Shown piece after piece: positions 1 through 14,382 of a stretch of DNA of 64,000 nucleotides. How positions within the stretch are numbered: the first letter of the stretch is position 1; the number at the start of each line of letters is the position of its first letter. The notes under the pieces are model-generated. The model was not told the origin of the DNA and searched no databases. It saw only the letters and a program-made list of their open reading frames with translations. Position numbers and translations under genes: made by a program. Origin of the DNA: Acanthaster planci (lineage: Eukaryota); NCBI RefSeq assembly GCF_001949145.1, contig NW_019091362.1:620670-684669 (forward strand), read 5' to 3'.

Positions 1-2902
1 AAATATCTCTGTCAGTGTTATCACTCATTTCCGACTAGACAGATACATGAAGACGTCAGTCAGCATCTTCATTGGACCTTATTACATCGGAGGTCAATCC
101 CCCCCCTCCACTTCCAAGCCTGTAGCACTGTGCTCAAAGTTATGCAGCATATCAAGACCTCCCATATATGGTGGAACCAAGCCTTGCAGCTCACTTCACT
201 TGCATTCTCTACCAGTTATCATCTCTGCAAAACTTCCTCTGCATCAGTTTTTTTCCTCCTTAGTGGGTTGTTTTGCCTGAGTGAACCCTGTATATTGCCA
301 GGCTGGATATGTGGATGGCATCAATTTATAAGGAATGATGGCTGAAACAGCTGTCTGCCCAGCAAGGTAGGAAGTTATTATGTGATAGATTCCTAGGTAT
401 TTTCTTGTTCTCTGTTGATGTTCTCTAGGACAGATTTGTTTCTCCGGGATCCTCTTGTAATTGTTTTCCAGTCTGGGGCCGGTATGTCCTGTGGGCCCTG
501 CCTGCTGACTTGGTGGATTCCTTAAGGACTCTTCTCCACATTTCAGAGGGATGGCAGCGTGTCACATTCGCCGCTCACCAACGTACAAGTTCATGTGCCT
601 TCTCAGTCTGCTCGGACATTGATGGCAGAATCATTAGGCCTCAGGAATGTCTTAAAAGGGATAAACAAGAGAAGCTCGTGTTTGCAAGAAAGTTTGAATG
701 GTCTCTCTCTTTTACTCTGTCTTGGAGATGCTGACCTGACTTCCTGGCACCTCTTTTTTTTTCTTTGACTACCGCACTGTCTCCATCTGCTATCTTTTTT
801 CCATCCTCCCCCCCCCACCCTGAGTCTGCAACTCAACTTGTTTTTCTATTCATCCATCGAGCAATTGCAGTTGAGCTTTTTATTTCGTTATCTTTGTTAG
901 TGTCTCAAGGAGCATAGGTAACATTCAGTGGCATTGCTGTCCCTGGAGAGCTCTCACTTCTTCAACTTGCAGAGAGATGAAATCTTTCAAAATCTAATAA
1001 ATATGTCTCACTTGATCATGGAGGTTCGGAAGTGAGCAAATTGACACATTAGAGAAAGTTGTGAAGTAACCCAAGACGTGTTTTGAAGTTGGACAGCGTT
1101 TCCCTTGTTATTCTTTCGATTCAGCGAATTTTTAGGTTTCAGAGTGAGTAGGAAGTTGACCAAGGGCACCTCGTTAAAAATTACCTGAAGCAATTTCTTG
1201 CAAAACAGTATCTGAGGGGGGTGTTGCTTCCTGACAAAACAACATTGGGGTAGGGGTTTGTGCTTAAGATTAAACCAGCAAGTCTGCTCAGATTCACCCA
1301 AAAACGGCAAGCAACTGGAGAGAAAGAAATGGCAGCTTGTATATCAAGCATTGCTTTCATATATCATTCTGTGACTAAATGATGTTTACACCATTGTCAG
1401 GAACCACGGGAGGGAACTACAGCTTTAGGGAATAATCCCACAACCTAAGCATTGTTTGGGCATTCCAGTAAAGATTAGGACCTTTCCAAAGTAACAGCTT
1501 GTAAGATTCAAACATTCAAAATATGGAAATACTGTCAATGCAACTTCTCCCTTCTTTTCTGTGTTTTCTGTCCACTGACATTTTCAGATGGTAAACTTGA
1601 AATCGTCTTCGCAGATTGAACTTCTCCAAATCTTTGCCCTTTGAAGTGTTTTCCTAAAAAAAGTCAACACGGTTGCTTGTCCAAACACAGAGACCTAAAT
1701 TTATATTTAATGCGGTTTTGCATGTTTTTAGACCACAAAATTCCGAAAAACAGATTAGACCTTAACAAGTTGACTTCCAAATATAAAACTCTTTAATTTC
1801 ACTATTTACAAACATGATACCCTTGCGGAGGACTTTGTGGCATGCCCCAAGTGGCCTTTGTTTTTGACACTATCACAAGAGTTAATAGTAACAATGAATT
1901 TTTGGTTGGTTGAAGAAGGTGGATTTTCTTAATCCTATCCTTTCAGAAGCTCTGCTGTCAACTTTCAAATTGGGCAACAAAGTGTTATGAAATCCTCACC
2001 ACTTCCTCACGAAGGAAGGTTTTGTTGATTTTGAATTGTCTTTAATGTATACAGCAACGTCTCTCATCAGGATTTCCTAGAGACGCACACTGCAAAGCCA
2101 CTATTTTCAATGGGTTATCCAACCTGACAGAAATCTTCAAATATTTATAGTTTTTCCTACGTTGAGAGTGGGCTTTAGCAGCAAATACAGTGTTGAGTCA
2201 TTGAAAACTGTTTAGCTTCTCTGGGACTAAAAATAAATTCCAGCGTTTTAATTGCAGGGTGTTTTTTTGCCCCAGCCAGTGAACATCATTATGTGATTTT
2301 TTTGTGATATGTTTTTTTTATCAGCCTAGAGGGTATTATACAGAGTGTTTGCTATCTTTACAGTTTCAGTTTTTTACAAGTTAATTCTCAGGAAGTGAGC
2401 AACGTAATCCCCAGTACAATTTTGTACAGGTGCATAAATATATTGAAAACTTCCATCATTAATTGGCCAGTGTGAAATGAGAAAGGCTAGAGTTACAGCT
2501 TGTTTTTCTGAATCATTCAGACATCACTGGTTAGACCCGAGAGGTTTTCAGATTGCGTTACTAATCACTGTTTATTCACACCAAGGGTAATCTCCCAGCC
2601 TGCAAATGTGTGATTCTCCATTTTCCAAGACTTCCTCAATTATTCAAGTGTTTGTCACTTCAGCACCAGCAAGACAAATTTTAATTTCCTGGTCAGCAGT
2701 TAATATGTCACAAATTAACCGAAATGTACACCAAAAAAAAAAAAAATTATGAAAAGCTCATCAAACTACCTCTGGCTGACGATGCGGTGTGTATAGCTAC
2801 CTCATTCTAGAAACCGATATCTTCATCATGTCACCACATGCCTCCAGTTAAACAAGGCACAGTGCTAATTGGCTCTTTTCAACAGTTGCATCAGAAAAAA
2901 AA

Positions 2903-2968
2903 AGGCGGGACTTGAACCACAGACCTTAAATCCTGTGAAAACCGTCTACTGGTCTACCATCCGAGCTG
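2903..2968 (-). mobile_element. Degenerate tRNA-derived SINE head / tRNA pseudogene
   Basis: Minus strand: agctcggatggtaga (A box-like) ... ggttcaagtccc (B box-like), then a T run. No intact cloverleaf. Confidence 0.5.
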
Positions 2969-5900
2969 TTGAGTTATAATTGGGTGTGATCTTGTCTTAA
3001 TCAGAGTACTGCTGCATTGCCATACGTGCTACTGTATGTTACTTGTGATCATTTCTGATATCAAATTGCTTGCATTGTATATGGAAGTCCCAACCTCTTT
3101 GTGACGCTGGTCATTTTTCCTGTAGCAGTGCTTGGTCGTTAAGTTACATGTACATAGACATTGTCAGTTTAAAAACGTTGAGAGTCAATTTATACTCAAA
3201 AAGTTCACTCGAGTCAAGTCAAATTTTTTTGTTTGATCTGTTAATTTGAGAAACATGTTTTTTAACATCAAAAACTGTCATTAGGGTGTTTGTTTGCAAT
3301 TAGTTGAGCAGAATCCAGGCATGCAAGGTAACCTGTGGGGTAAAAAAAACTCCTTGAAGGATTAAGATTGTTTTCTTCCATTGCTTATGAACCTTTAATT
3401 GCATTCCAACAGAGTTCATCGGTATCCTTGACCTTTACTGTGCCTTGACCTTGTCAACTTGGATGGATATAATTGCTACTATCACATTCATTATTTGTCA
3501 TTCATGTTGTCTGTAACTCAGTAACCCTTGTTGTGTTTGACCCAGCGGTTGTTTAATTTGCCCTCCTGTTGGCAACACTCATGCCAGGCGAATATCTGGG
3601 ATGACGATGGTGGCATTTGGCCGTCACCTCATATCAGAGGTCTCTCCTGGCAACTGCCTCTCAGGTTTACAGTGTAATGTGAAGTGGCTGCATGGTAACT
3701 TCTAGTAGTAAGAAGAACAGGATGCTTGGTGTTTCTCTCTGGGTTTTGTTCTTACCTCTTTTTTTATTTCATCTGGTCTTTTTTAATTTACTGAAAATAC
3801 TTATTCTTGTTTAATTTCTTACAGTATTACTATCTAGCAAAATAATGAGGTTGTAGCATCTTAAGTGAGAACATGAATAGAAAAGTCAATCTGGCCTAAG
3901 AAAATCCTATCCACACAACAGCAGCAATAAATGTAGCCCGACATAGCAAACTGTGTCTTGTCACTAGATCAACTTTATTGAGTTAAAGGCCTTTATTTTG
4001 CTTATAGAGGGATCCCAATACGATGCATTGAACATCGATTTGCGCTCTTCCGCATTTGAAAGCGAGGCTGTATGTTTCAGCTTCATACGCACATTGAGAA
4101 GGGCATGATGCTGTGCCTACTGCTCCCGATTCTGATTCGTATTATAATCAGCCGATTGAAAGTAAGGAGTCATGACACCAAATACATAAAGGGATTTTAA
4201 ATTCAGACTTTTCCGGCTGCAAGGTTTGGTAGAAGAGTCTCTCAGGATGACTCGACGGGCGGCTTGAGAGTTGATGTGATCCTAGGTCCATTGTTACTTG
4301 TCAATATTACATGCATTAATTTTGAGCTTATGTGTATGCAGCCAGAACCTAAGATTCGTTACACCAAAAGAAAAAATAACGGCAATTTACCACGAACTAA
4401 CGCACCTGTGATGGTTGTGCATCTGCATGTGTACTGCATGTACTGTGTCGAGTCCACAGGCGCACGCGACAAAGTTCAGCACAGAGAGCCTCGGTTTTGA
4501 TGCGGATATGCACAGGAAGCACTAATGTGAAATCCCTCTATTGAGCAGAGGTTCCTCTCCTAGTGTCTCTGCTTGGTCCATGGGCTGAGGTACATGTACT
4601 CTTCATGTATGATATTCTGGCTGATCGCCATTCAGTATCCAGCTTGAGTAGGTTTACATCTTTTAAGTAATACAGTATTTGTATAATGTGCTCTTCAAAT
4701 GTTGGAATTTTTAAAGCCTACTCATCATCATCTTTAACGGCAGAATTTCACTAGTAACGACAGTAATACTCCAACTGGCACAGTAAGATTGCAGTTTCCT
4801 GAATTCCTTCACTTATGCGAAGAAGCTGCCGGCTGTTATAGGCTCACTTTTCTTCTCTGTTGACCCATCCATACAATGGGCTCATTGATTTGCTTTCACT
4901 GTTTTCCCTTGTGACTTGTTGATAAAAGAAACCATTCTTTCATTAGCAATTCAATATTCAGAGACAGCTGTCACACCTGAGTTTGAGTTGTGTCAACCAT
5001 CATGAATAGAAACCATCCTTCATAAGATTGCATGCTCCAATTACTAGTTACAGTAAGAGATGGTGTATCTACAGGGGGCCCAAATGCACTTGTGTTAATG
5101 TGATAAGGCTTTATAACTTCAGTAGAGATTAAGTACATCATATTCTGTGCAAAGTACAACTAGGTATGCTCATTTTTGCAAATATATTAAGTGTACCTAT
5201 ATCTTCCAAATTGTACTGAAACTGAGTAGCAGTTTACAAATAGGAATCAGTTTTGTAAGGCCTACGGGGAATTGTTGTCAAGAATTATTGTCAAATGGCA
5301 GGCAAGGTACCAAACATAGAAATGTTGCAACACAGGCTGATTGAAGCTGTAAGTTTACCAGTACACTTAAGGTATGCACAGAATATGCCAAGGCATTTCC
5401 AGACATTTCCAGACATTTAAAATGTTTTCCTTGGAAAGTGTTAGCGTTTACGTGTCCAGATAGGAACATAGCTCGAACTTTGTAATTTCATTATGCTGCA
5501 TGTTATTCAAGGATTAATTTGATCGTAAGTTCCACTGACGCATGAGACCGAGTGTGCATCTGTCAGTCATAACTTGGAGATTAGATTATCAAAAATAAAC
5601 ATCAGATATGATACGTATGTGCCTTTGCTTTTTGTGCGATGTGCGTCACTACTATTGAAGATTGACCGGTAGAGAGGCAAGCATTGCATATGTTTTCACC
5701 AGTTTAACATTTGTAAAAACATTTCTCATCAGGTGTGTGCATGTTCTAGGTCTGTGCTTCCATTTTGGAGTAGTTCTTATGTTACAAAAAGAGAAAAAAA
5801 ATGTGTTTCATATGTCCTGAGGTACACAGGCATGCATATATTTCACTAGTACATTGTACATGCAGTCTGAAACTAAGTAACCTAACAACCACTATACGTG

Positions 5901-8034
5901 TGCCTTCATGCACATGTACATGGGCCTCTCTTCCCATATGTGTGTGTAGGTATTTTCCTTTTTCTTTTACCTTTATTTTTTAAAGTTGATTAAGGTACTT
6001 GTTCTAAGTATCTATAATACAGTGAACATATGAGATGGATGCAATGTATAGCACTTAATTCACTCTAGAGTGCCAAGATGTGACCTTGAAAGCAAGCATC
6101 TGTACTAAGACTGTGTCCAAGGCTTCCAGCTTGTTGAAGAGTGTCAAATCAATCATAATAGATAGAAACAGCTGCTGTAAGACCCCTCCTTAACTCCTCA
6201 CCTAGGCATCATGAGGACAGATTTGAGTCAACCTAAGATGGATTAAGAGAGATTTGGCTGCGAGAACTCCAGACACCTCCTCTTGACAAATGAAGATGCT
6301 TCATGATTGACCAATCCTGTAGAGAGAATTCCCACGCCACAGATTAAACAAGAGATCTGTTGCGATGTCACAAGTACTATCAATTGTTATCTCACATTTG
6401 GAGTAGACACATGTACAGTACTTAGATGTACCTCAACCATCCGACATTTCATTGTGCAAGGCTGTGTTGACTGCACAGCTAGTTGACTTAGCCAAAGCCT
6501 CCATCTGTGGCTGGGACTGGAAATCGCACATGTGCACCAGTGGCTTACAGTTGAAGCCCCCTCCCATAGACACATGTAGTACACCTAGCCATAGTCAGTT
6601 GCTTTGGACAGGAGCCTAAGTTTCCTGCCATGAATCAAGTAGATGATGTCTCGACAGTTCACAAACATGCAGAAGAATGTGGCACTGACGCACCAGGACT
6701 TGGTACACAAATTGGCACACAAATTCTGCACATCATGTGTTCAGGCATGCAACGTTTCCTTGGATCAGCTGATTTCCTCATTTTTCACTTCACACTCATG
6801 TCATTGAAAACTGAAAAATGCTGTACAAAGTCTTGGAATTTGGAATTGGAATTTCCTCCTCTTGTTTTGTCAAAGTCCAGGTTGCATGCCTGTGTGTTGA
6901 CAATCATTAGTAAGAGTCATAAGTTAAAGTGACACTTACGAACAATTCAGTGCAGCTTCTGGCATTGCCAGGATTTGTAGACTTCATTCCGTGTTGACAG
7001 TATCATAGAGATGCATACACCACCACTCTAAGAGAACCTTCTTGTGACTGAACTGGAGACAATAGATTATTAAAATGCTGAAGGTCACTCTTATTCTAAA
7101 CTTAAGTTGGAATCTTTATTCTGTCATTTGTGCTTGCATTTTGCGAGTCAGAAATTGTCTTTGTCTTCTTTTTATTTTTCAGTAACTTTTATCAAACTCT
7201 TGTCTTTAAACACTAAACTCCTGAAATTAAAATAGAAAAAAAAGAGAGAAAATGGCTTAAAGTATCCCACATTCATAGTCTTGTTCTTTGCTCTGAGCAA
7301 ACAAAAGTCAGTAACAGTCAGATTCTACAAAAAAATACCAAAATGTTTTTACTATAGCTCTTCACACCAAGACAAAAACAGTATCCCTTTCCTTCTTAAA
7401 CTTTTAAATTACTCTTGTGCTCATGTGACAAGCCTATTTTAAAGTGCACTGCCTCAGGATATCATCTAAGTCTTCAATATCTAACACATATTGAACATTC
7501 TCAGAAAATTCCATTGGTTGAAAAAATCCCGAGCATTTTCCCCGACCAGACCTCTTGAAATTGCACCGCAGGTGTATGCGTTGCATTGGGCATCGATAAC
7601 TGGGCCACAAAATTGAAATGCCTGACATGTTTGTCTTGTGCGGTCCTGAGATACATGCATGTAGCACTGAAGGCAACTACGACTGCTGTAAGCTATCGCA
7701 CATGAAGTGTGCCATTCACTTGTAGAGGTGAATCTATTCCGTGGTGAACCACATGCCAACAACATGGTCACGTGTCCGTGGGGATCTCCTGTCTCTGTTG
7801 ATTTGCGGTCATGAAAAGCCGTGCCATGGAGTGGGCGTTAGTAGAACTATACCAATCAATTGTTGGAAGGATGGTCTTCTGTTCAAAAGATGTCACACAG
7901 AGCAAGACGGAAGAAGGCTGCTCACCCAGACTTCCTCTCCAATTGATCAGCTTTCACCTCCTTCCCATCCCAGCTTCCAAACCCTAATCTCAATCCTTAA
8001 CTCACTCATCACCTGCTCAACCTTCACTTCAACC

Positions 8035-8310
8035 CAAGCATCCACCCCACCCCATTCCTAACCTAATCTACACATCCACCCCTAGCCCATTCATCCACCC
8101 CCAACCTAAGCTACACATCCACCCCTTACCCATTCATCCACCCAAACGGACATATCCACTCCTAAGGCAACCCATCCACCCCTATCCCATTCAGCCACCT
8201 TCAACCCATTCATCCACCCCCAACCTAAGCTACACATCCACACTTACCCATTCATCCACCCAAACTGACATATCCACTCCTACGTCACCCATCCACCCCT
8301 AACCCTCCTA
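8035..8310. repeat. Degenerate catccaccc minisatellite with about 120-bp higher-order duplication
   Basis: Many catccaccc units; cccattcatccacccccaacctaagctacacatcca...catatccactccta occurs twice. Confidence 0.8.
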
Positions 8311-10013
8311 TCTACCACTAACAGCCACTTATCCTTAACTTACAGGTTTTCTTTCCCAACTGCTCATCCATTCCAACCTATTTTTACAGAGTCCACCAAT
8401 TCAACCAACCATCCACTCCCTACTTCAACTGCACCCCATCAATGGCTTCTTCTATTTTGGGGGGTGATGCATTCCAGCAAACCAGGGTTGCACCCAAAAC
8501 CTGATCTCCTGAATGGATCTGGTGTGTTTAGGAATTAATAAAATATCCTGCCCATCAGTCAGTAACCTTGTCACTGGAGTTCCTTTATTAAAATTGTCTC
8601 CTTGATGTTTCAAGGTTTTGGATTCATTTAAAGGGGCAGGCATGGATTAACTTTGGTAATGAATGTGAAGACCACCTTTGTAATGTCACTCAAATCATAC
8701 CATCTCACTAGTTTGGCATTCAGGGACTAGTCACGTATTCATCTAATTATTTGCATATATGCCTCAAGGTGGGTGGATACTCGAGCTAACTCGAGCTCGA
8801 TTAAAAAACAAATTTAAAAGAAAAAACAAAATGAAAACTAGAGCAAAAACTCCAGAGACAAAGGATTATAAAGGATTAGCCTCCACAGTCCATTACTGAA
8901 CTGCCTAGAAACCAAATCCTAATTCTGTGGTTTTGAAAATCTGTAAGCAGTTCTATCCATCCAAACTTAACAGTGCTTTTCAGTAAAGTCTATTTTTTGG
9001 GCTTTAACATTTGCATTATTTAGTCACTTCTACTTAAGATTGAACAATGTGTGGAGGAAAACTTAGGAACAAATGACTTGTATAGTTGGCCCTAGTGTTT
9101 TACCTACGTACATTAGAATAGTATGACATTCCACAGCCCCAAGGGTATGATGATAAAGTTGTATGTGAATGGTTGAAGAAAAATCATTCAGAGATTCTTG
9201 ACAAAAAGTGTCAAGTTAATTGTAAAGATGAGATTTGATCCAGAGATTAGAAGACTCAACAAAGTGTGAAATCACGTAGGGTTCACACACTCTTGTGAAA
9301 GCGGACATGTGGAAGAAAGTATTTCAGCAATTTGATTTTGGTGCAGAGAAATGTTGACAGGAAATATTTGAAAGCCTGTGCACCTTTTCAAAAGTCAACA
9401 CATGAGAAGTGTTTTGATTGGTCCAAAGTTTGAAGCAATCTATTGTTGCCCACCGACATCCATAATGGAAACATTAATGTGAAACTTGCCTCCACCTCAT
9501 CTTCTGCTGTTATTTGTCTGTCACGATTATGTAGATTTTATTGGGTCGGCCACATGGACTGATCACTTCGCCTTGTTATTCCACAGTCAATCAGAGCACT
9601 TCTGACTAAAATAAACTCCTCTCCAGCATGTAAGGAATGCCCACATCTTGGTGCGTGTTCTCATCGGTCGGTCTGTCACAGTCTGTCGGCATTTTTCCCC
9701 CTTGATTCTGGTGTGTTGAAGCTGACATGCATTAATGTCATGAAGGAGGAGGGGGGAATTTGTCAGACCTATCAACTGAGTGATGGAAATTACCAGGGCC
9801 AAAAGTGAAGATACGGGGAATTTCTGAAATGAATTTAGGAAACTTGTTGTGAAAATACCTCTTAAAGGTGTGCCATGTGCTTTTTCACAATCTGATGAGA
9901 TCTAACTTATTGACAGGAACTTGCAGGGACAGAGGATTATAAACCATTTACACACCCACCAGAAGAGACAAGTGTGGATCCAGTTGGAGTGTCAGGCCTC
10001 AATTCTTTTTTGC

Positions 10014-10235
10014 TAAATGCAATTAACTATGTGAAGTTTGCGGTGACACCATGTAGTCAAATTCTCTCTTTGAGTGTGTGTGGTTCTGAAAAGAACCGGG
10101 GTTCACTCTGAACCCCGGTTCTTTTCAGAACCACACACACTCAAAGAGAGAATTTGATTACATGGTGTCACCGCAAACTTCACATAGTTAGTACTTTCGC
10201 CATGCATAGCCTCAAGTCTTATTTAAATGCAATTA
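10014..10235. mobile_element. Hairpin insertion with 12-bp TSD; probable Penelope-like retroelement 3' remnant
   Basis: 82-bp arms 10024-10105 and 10109-10190 (one mismatch, 3-nt loop), a short unique tail, and flanking direct repeats taaatgcaatta at 10014-10025 and 10224-10235. The structure is seen directly; the family assignment is inferred. Confidence 0.7.
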
Positions 10236-13200
10236 GTTTTTGCAGAATATTATTTTATAAAGCATCTCTTACATAATGTTCCCGACAGACGACCATAAAT
10301 CAGAATGTCTCTTATTGTTTGGAGCTTTCATTTCTTCACGCTATCCATTGCGATGCAAAATAAATTCAGCATTAACCCAAAAAATTGGAGCGTCTGCAAT
10401 TTCCCAAGAGCGACATTAGCCGTAGCCTAACATTAACGCGCCTGTATCTCCAGCTGGTCAATATTGGCCTCGACCAGTTTTAATTGGTCCAGGCATGCAG
10501 TTGTCAAAATAGTACAACCTAATTGGCCACAGGCCCAATCATGCTGATGATTATTGGGCCCACATTTGTACTCCGTACGTGTTGGCATTTAATCAAGGAC
10601 TTCTTTCGCGGATAGCACTTTGGGAAACTCTGCCGCGATAATTGTAGTCACATGGCACCAGAACGAAACACTGGAGTGCCTTACTTGCTTTGGTCAGTGG
10701 CAATACATCATGTGAGTGGAGGACAACTCCCTGTGCTTGTAGTCTTAGAAAAATATTAACTGGAAGGGTTTCTGTCTCATTGCTTGATATCTGGCATGAC
10801 CTGTTGTTGTCAACGAGTCAGTTTGAACAAGGAAGCAGGGTTCAGATTAATTGGGCTGCATTTGAGCAGAAATTGATACGTGTAGGTTCATGCATAACAG
10901 CCTGAACTAGCAACATCTTTGTGCTTAGCAGATATGTGTGTAAGTCAGACATTTTCAATAATTAGCAAATTCTGCTGCAAACTAGGGCCATGTCCAAATT
11001 GTTTTGGCTAGGCTAGAAATAGTATTTCGCCTATGGATAAACACTAGGAGGCGGCTACATCCATTTCTCATAGACTTAGGTGTTACCGATAGCCATAGCC
11101 AAGTCAGTTGCACACAACCTCAGCTTTCTCATATAGCAGTACCTTTGGTCTATTACATGTAGGATAAAAAGAGTGATTCCTGTTGGAGAGGACTGAGTGA
11201 TTGGAAGTACCTTGACATTTGTCCAATAGATTGTTCCATTGATTTTAGTTGAAGTCACAGACGCAGTTTATAGTTGCAGTTCAAATAAGGTTCAGTGTAA
11301 CTAATTTTCAATTCTTACCATTGTACTGATTTGTTTATATATATGTATATATTTTTCAGATTTTTCAAACTTTATTTTTGGGGGATACATTTTAATAGTC
11401 TTTTTTTTAGTGTATTGTTTTAAAGCATCTTTTGAAAGAAACTCTATTCAAAGGAGTCTTACCAATTTCTTAAATTTATGTAGAAGCTTATTCAAAATTT
11501 TACGTTAGTTCACATTGTACTCGTACTATTTTTTCTAACTGCATTCTTTTGAAGTTGAAGCACCCTGTACGTGTAGGCCGGTTCCTGTGGCAACAGAATC
11601 TCAGGTCAATCTCTCACTTACAGGAAGTGGCTGTTTGTTTGCTTAGATCACATGACATCACCTTGGTTCTCGGCCGCAATGATATGGCAATATTAGCTGA
11701 GACCGATTACAGGTTCTGGAAGGAATGAACAAAACAATCTGAGAAATCCACAGGTTCTAATGGGCATGGCCCTCTGTTGTGGTATTAATAACAATACTCA
11801 GAAGCCAAGCACAACTAGATCGAGACATTTCAGATGGTGTACAGTGATGTCACTTGGGTTGTGTCATCCTTTTTGCCACTCAGAAAGAGTTAATTGTTTC
11901 AAGAGCAATTCCTTCTTTTCAGTAGTTAAGAGTACAGACATTGGCATGTTGGAATTCTGGTATCAAAGCCTGGATTTTTTTTTTTGTTAGCATGAGCAGA
12001 AGGGTGTTGTGAGAGTTACACAGGAAACTAGAGATGTGTCATTCCATTACTGAGAGTTTTGTTAGTTAGAACTCTTACAACAACAAAAAACGGTTTTCAA
12101 AAATGAAATATCAAATAAAAGACACCAGTAGTTATGTGAAATATTTTTTCACTTTTCATTGTTTAAATTTTTTCACAAATTAAAACCGCAAATTAGCTTG
12201 ACAAGGAAGTAGACACATGTTTGGATTCATTTGCTCAAATTCAGAACATTCTCGTGTCAAATTGGAAATAAGAAAAATCTCACATCCTCAGATATCAACA
12301 GAACCAAAAATCGCTCAAAATCTAAATTTTGGAATTACTCCAAAGGAACTGCTACATGATTTTCCCCTGCTACACATTTCTACTTCCTCAATTGAAATGA
12401 AGGTCAATTGAGGACAGACACTGCAGACCACAAGCACACATGGCATAAAAGAAACAAAACAAAAATGGACAGTTTATAAATTATATGACACATTCTTAAA
12501 AAAGATATTTAGTGCAGTGGCCATGTTGTTTTCATTACATTATTATGTATGAAGCTTGTCAGGAACATAGTTGCCGTATATTGAAGTGATTTATAAAGTA
12601 CGCATAACCTTTGCCATAATAGTGCTATGGATTTTTGGTTTAATGCGTTCAATAAAGCTAACTTGTTTTGTTTGATGATTCATCAAGGAGGAACAGGCCT
12701 CAACATAATTACAACCTTCACATGCCTGTGCACTGTACATGTACATGTCTATAATCGTTCATGATTCAAATGAAGACATGGGTTTGTGTCAACAGAATGG
12801 CCCTACGCTACAGTAATTGTGATTGAGAGCTGACTGAAAGACCAAGATAGTACCTTGACCTTTTCTTCTTGGTAAAGCGCTCTGGGGTACTTCATTTTCT
12901 GATATTGGCCATCATACTTGATTGCTGTACCCTCTAACAAGGTTCTGTACTTCAACCATTCAATTGTCCAGAAATCAATTGTGAAGAGTTGTTCTAATTG
13001 AGGTCAGCTGCCCCAAGAAATTGACAGTCACGATTCATGTTTCAAATGAATATGGAGGCTTCTTGAAATAGGAGAACTTCTTTTGAGGGTGTTAGAAGTT
13101 AGAATATGATTGATGAGGAAACAAAACTTCTCTGATCTTATTTTCAAATGCCATGTTTTTGTTTGTTTGCAATTGATAATTTTTGGTCATGCTGGTCGAT

Positions 13201-14258
13201 CAATTTATTCCGAAACATCTGTTGCTGGCTGCGTCAGTTTCCATTAAGTAGGAAATGCCATTGGTTAGAACAAGTAGTCATCTGCTGTGAACAAGTCGGT
13301 ATTACGTCAAGCAATGTCAGTTAATCTTCCCAGAGTGAGTGTACTCCCTCTGGCAGCAGAGGGGGGATCAGGCACGGAAGTGATTAATTATTAATTTAGG
13401 CATTGTTTTGTGGTCTCTTGCAAACACCTGTCGTCTCCAGGAGGGGGGGATTTCCCACGTGGCACACAATTGAAAAAAATGAATATAAATGAGGTCGTTT
13501 AATGCATACATATCCTTCGGTTTCTCTTTTCTTTGGTTGATTTCTGATTTCATTATAGACTTGAAGGGTACTGCGTCAGTGGTTTTAATTCCATTGAGTC
13601 TCCACTATTACAATATCTAATTGGATTATTATTGGTATCTCAGAGACAATTTGAAGAAAACCCTGAACAGTTGATGGTCATGTGGATGTTAATTATTCTT
13701 CCATTATCTGAAGGGCTGTTTATTTTCATGTATAAATAGATTTAATCAAGCAGTCATTAATGTGTACCCTTGGCTAGTCTCCAGAGGCATTATTGTGTGT
13801 GTACCATTCATGGTTAATTTTGTGATATTGATTGTCTACTTTCTACATGTCCACTTGGTCAGTTGGTATGTTTAGTAAATGAGACAGATATTGATCTTTA
13901 ATCGGTGTTGTTCAGCACTGTTACCTTTTTCATCAAAAACAAATTTTTTAGGATTTTTTTTCAGTACTAAATTTCCTGATGTCTCCATGCCCCATTTATT
14001 TTGTCTTCTCAGAAGAATTATGTCTAAAACCCAAGGCTGTGTTACAGACATGTACCATACCAAGGCCATTTGTCATTTGATTTCATTTTCAGCTGAAAAT
14101 GTGATGGCGGATTTGGTTCTATAAATGTTCATTTCTCAGTCTTCATTTTCAAGGGCTGTCTTGGATCTCTGTTTGTGTAGTGCTGTATCTGTGTTAGGAT
14201 GGCATAATTATGTTAATTTTTGATGCATTTGGCCATTGCTTTGCCTTCCATTCTACAG

Positions 14259-14382
14259 ATTCTTAATCGGTCGCGAGAAGGACAGTGAAAACAGCGAAGT
14301 AGCTCAACTAATCTCCCAGTCCCTGCAACATGACAAAGCCATGAGGGAGTCCGCCCCCGTGGAAAGCCCCTTGGAGTCAATG
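14259..14382 (+). CDS. PPP1R9A: Neurabin exon: PDZ C-terminus (phase 2 to 0)
   Basis: ttctacag|A TTC TTA ATC GGT CGC GAG AAG...TCA ATG|gtatgg; encodes (R)FLIGREKDSENSEVAQLISQSLQHDKAM. An alternative in-frame donor is present at 14446. Confidence 0.88.

Noticed and set aside
1588..1590. 3-nt microexon-like site ttttcag|ATG|gtaaac after a long pyrimidine tract
   Set aside because: In the phase-2 intron it would create TG+A = stop with the 14259 exon; unsupported without transcripts.
2903..2968. tRNA gene
   Set aside because: Only A/B-box-like motifs; acceptor and anticodon stems cannot be formed, so treated as a SINE remnant.
1..14258. Upstream PDZ / PP1-binding exons of neurabin
   Set aside because: No matching coding segments were found by eye; they probably lie before the window.
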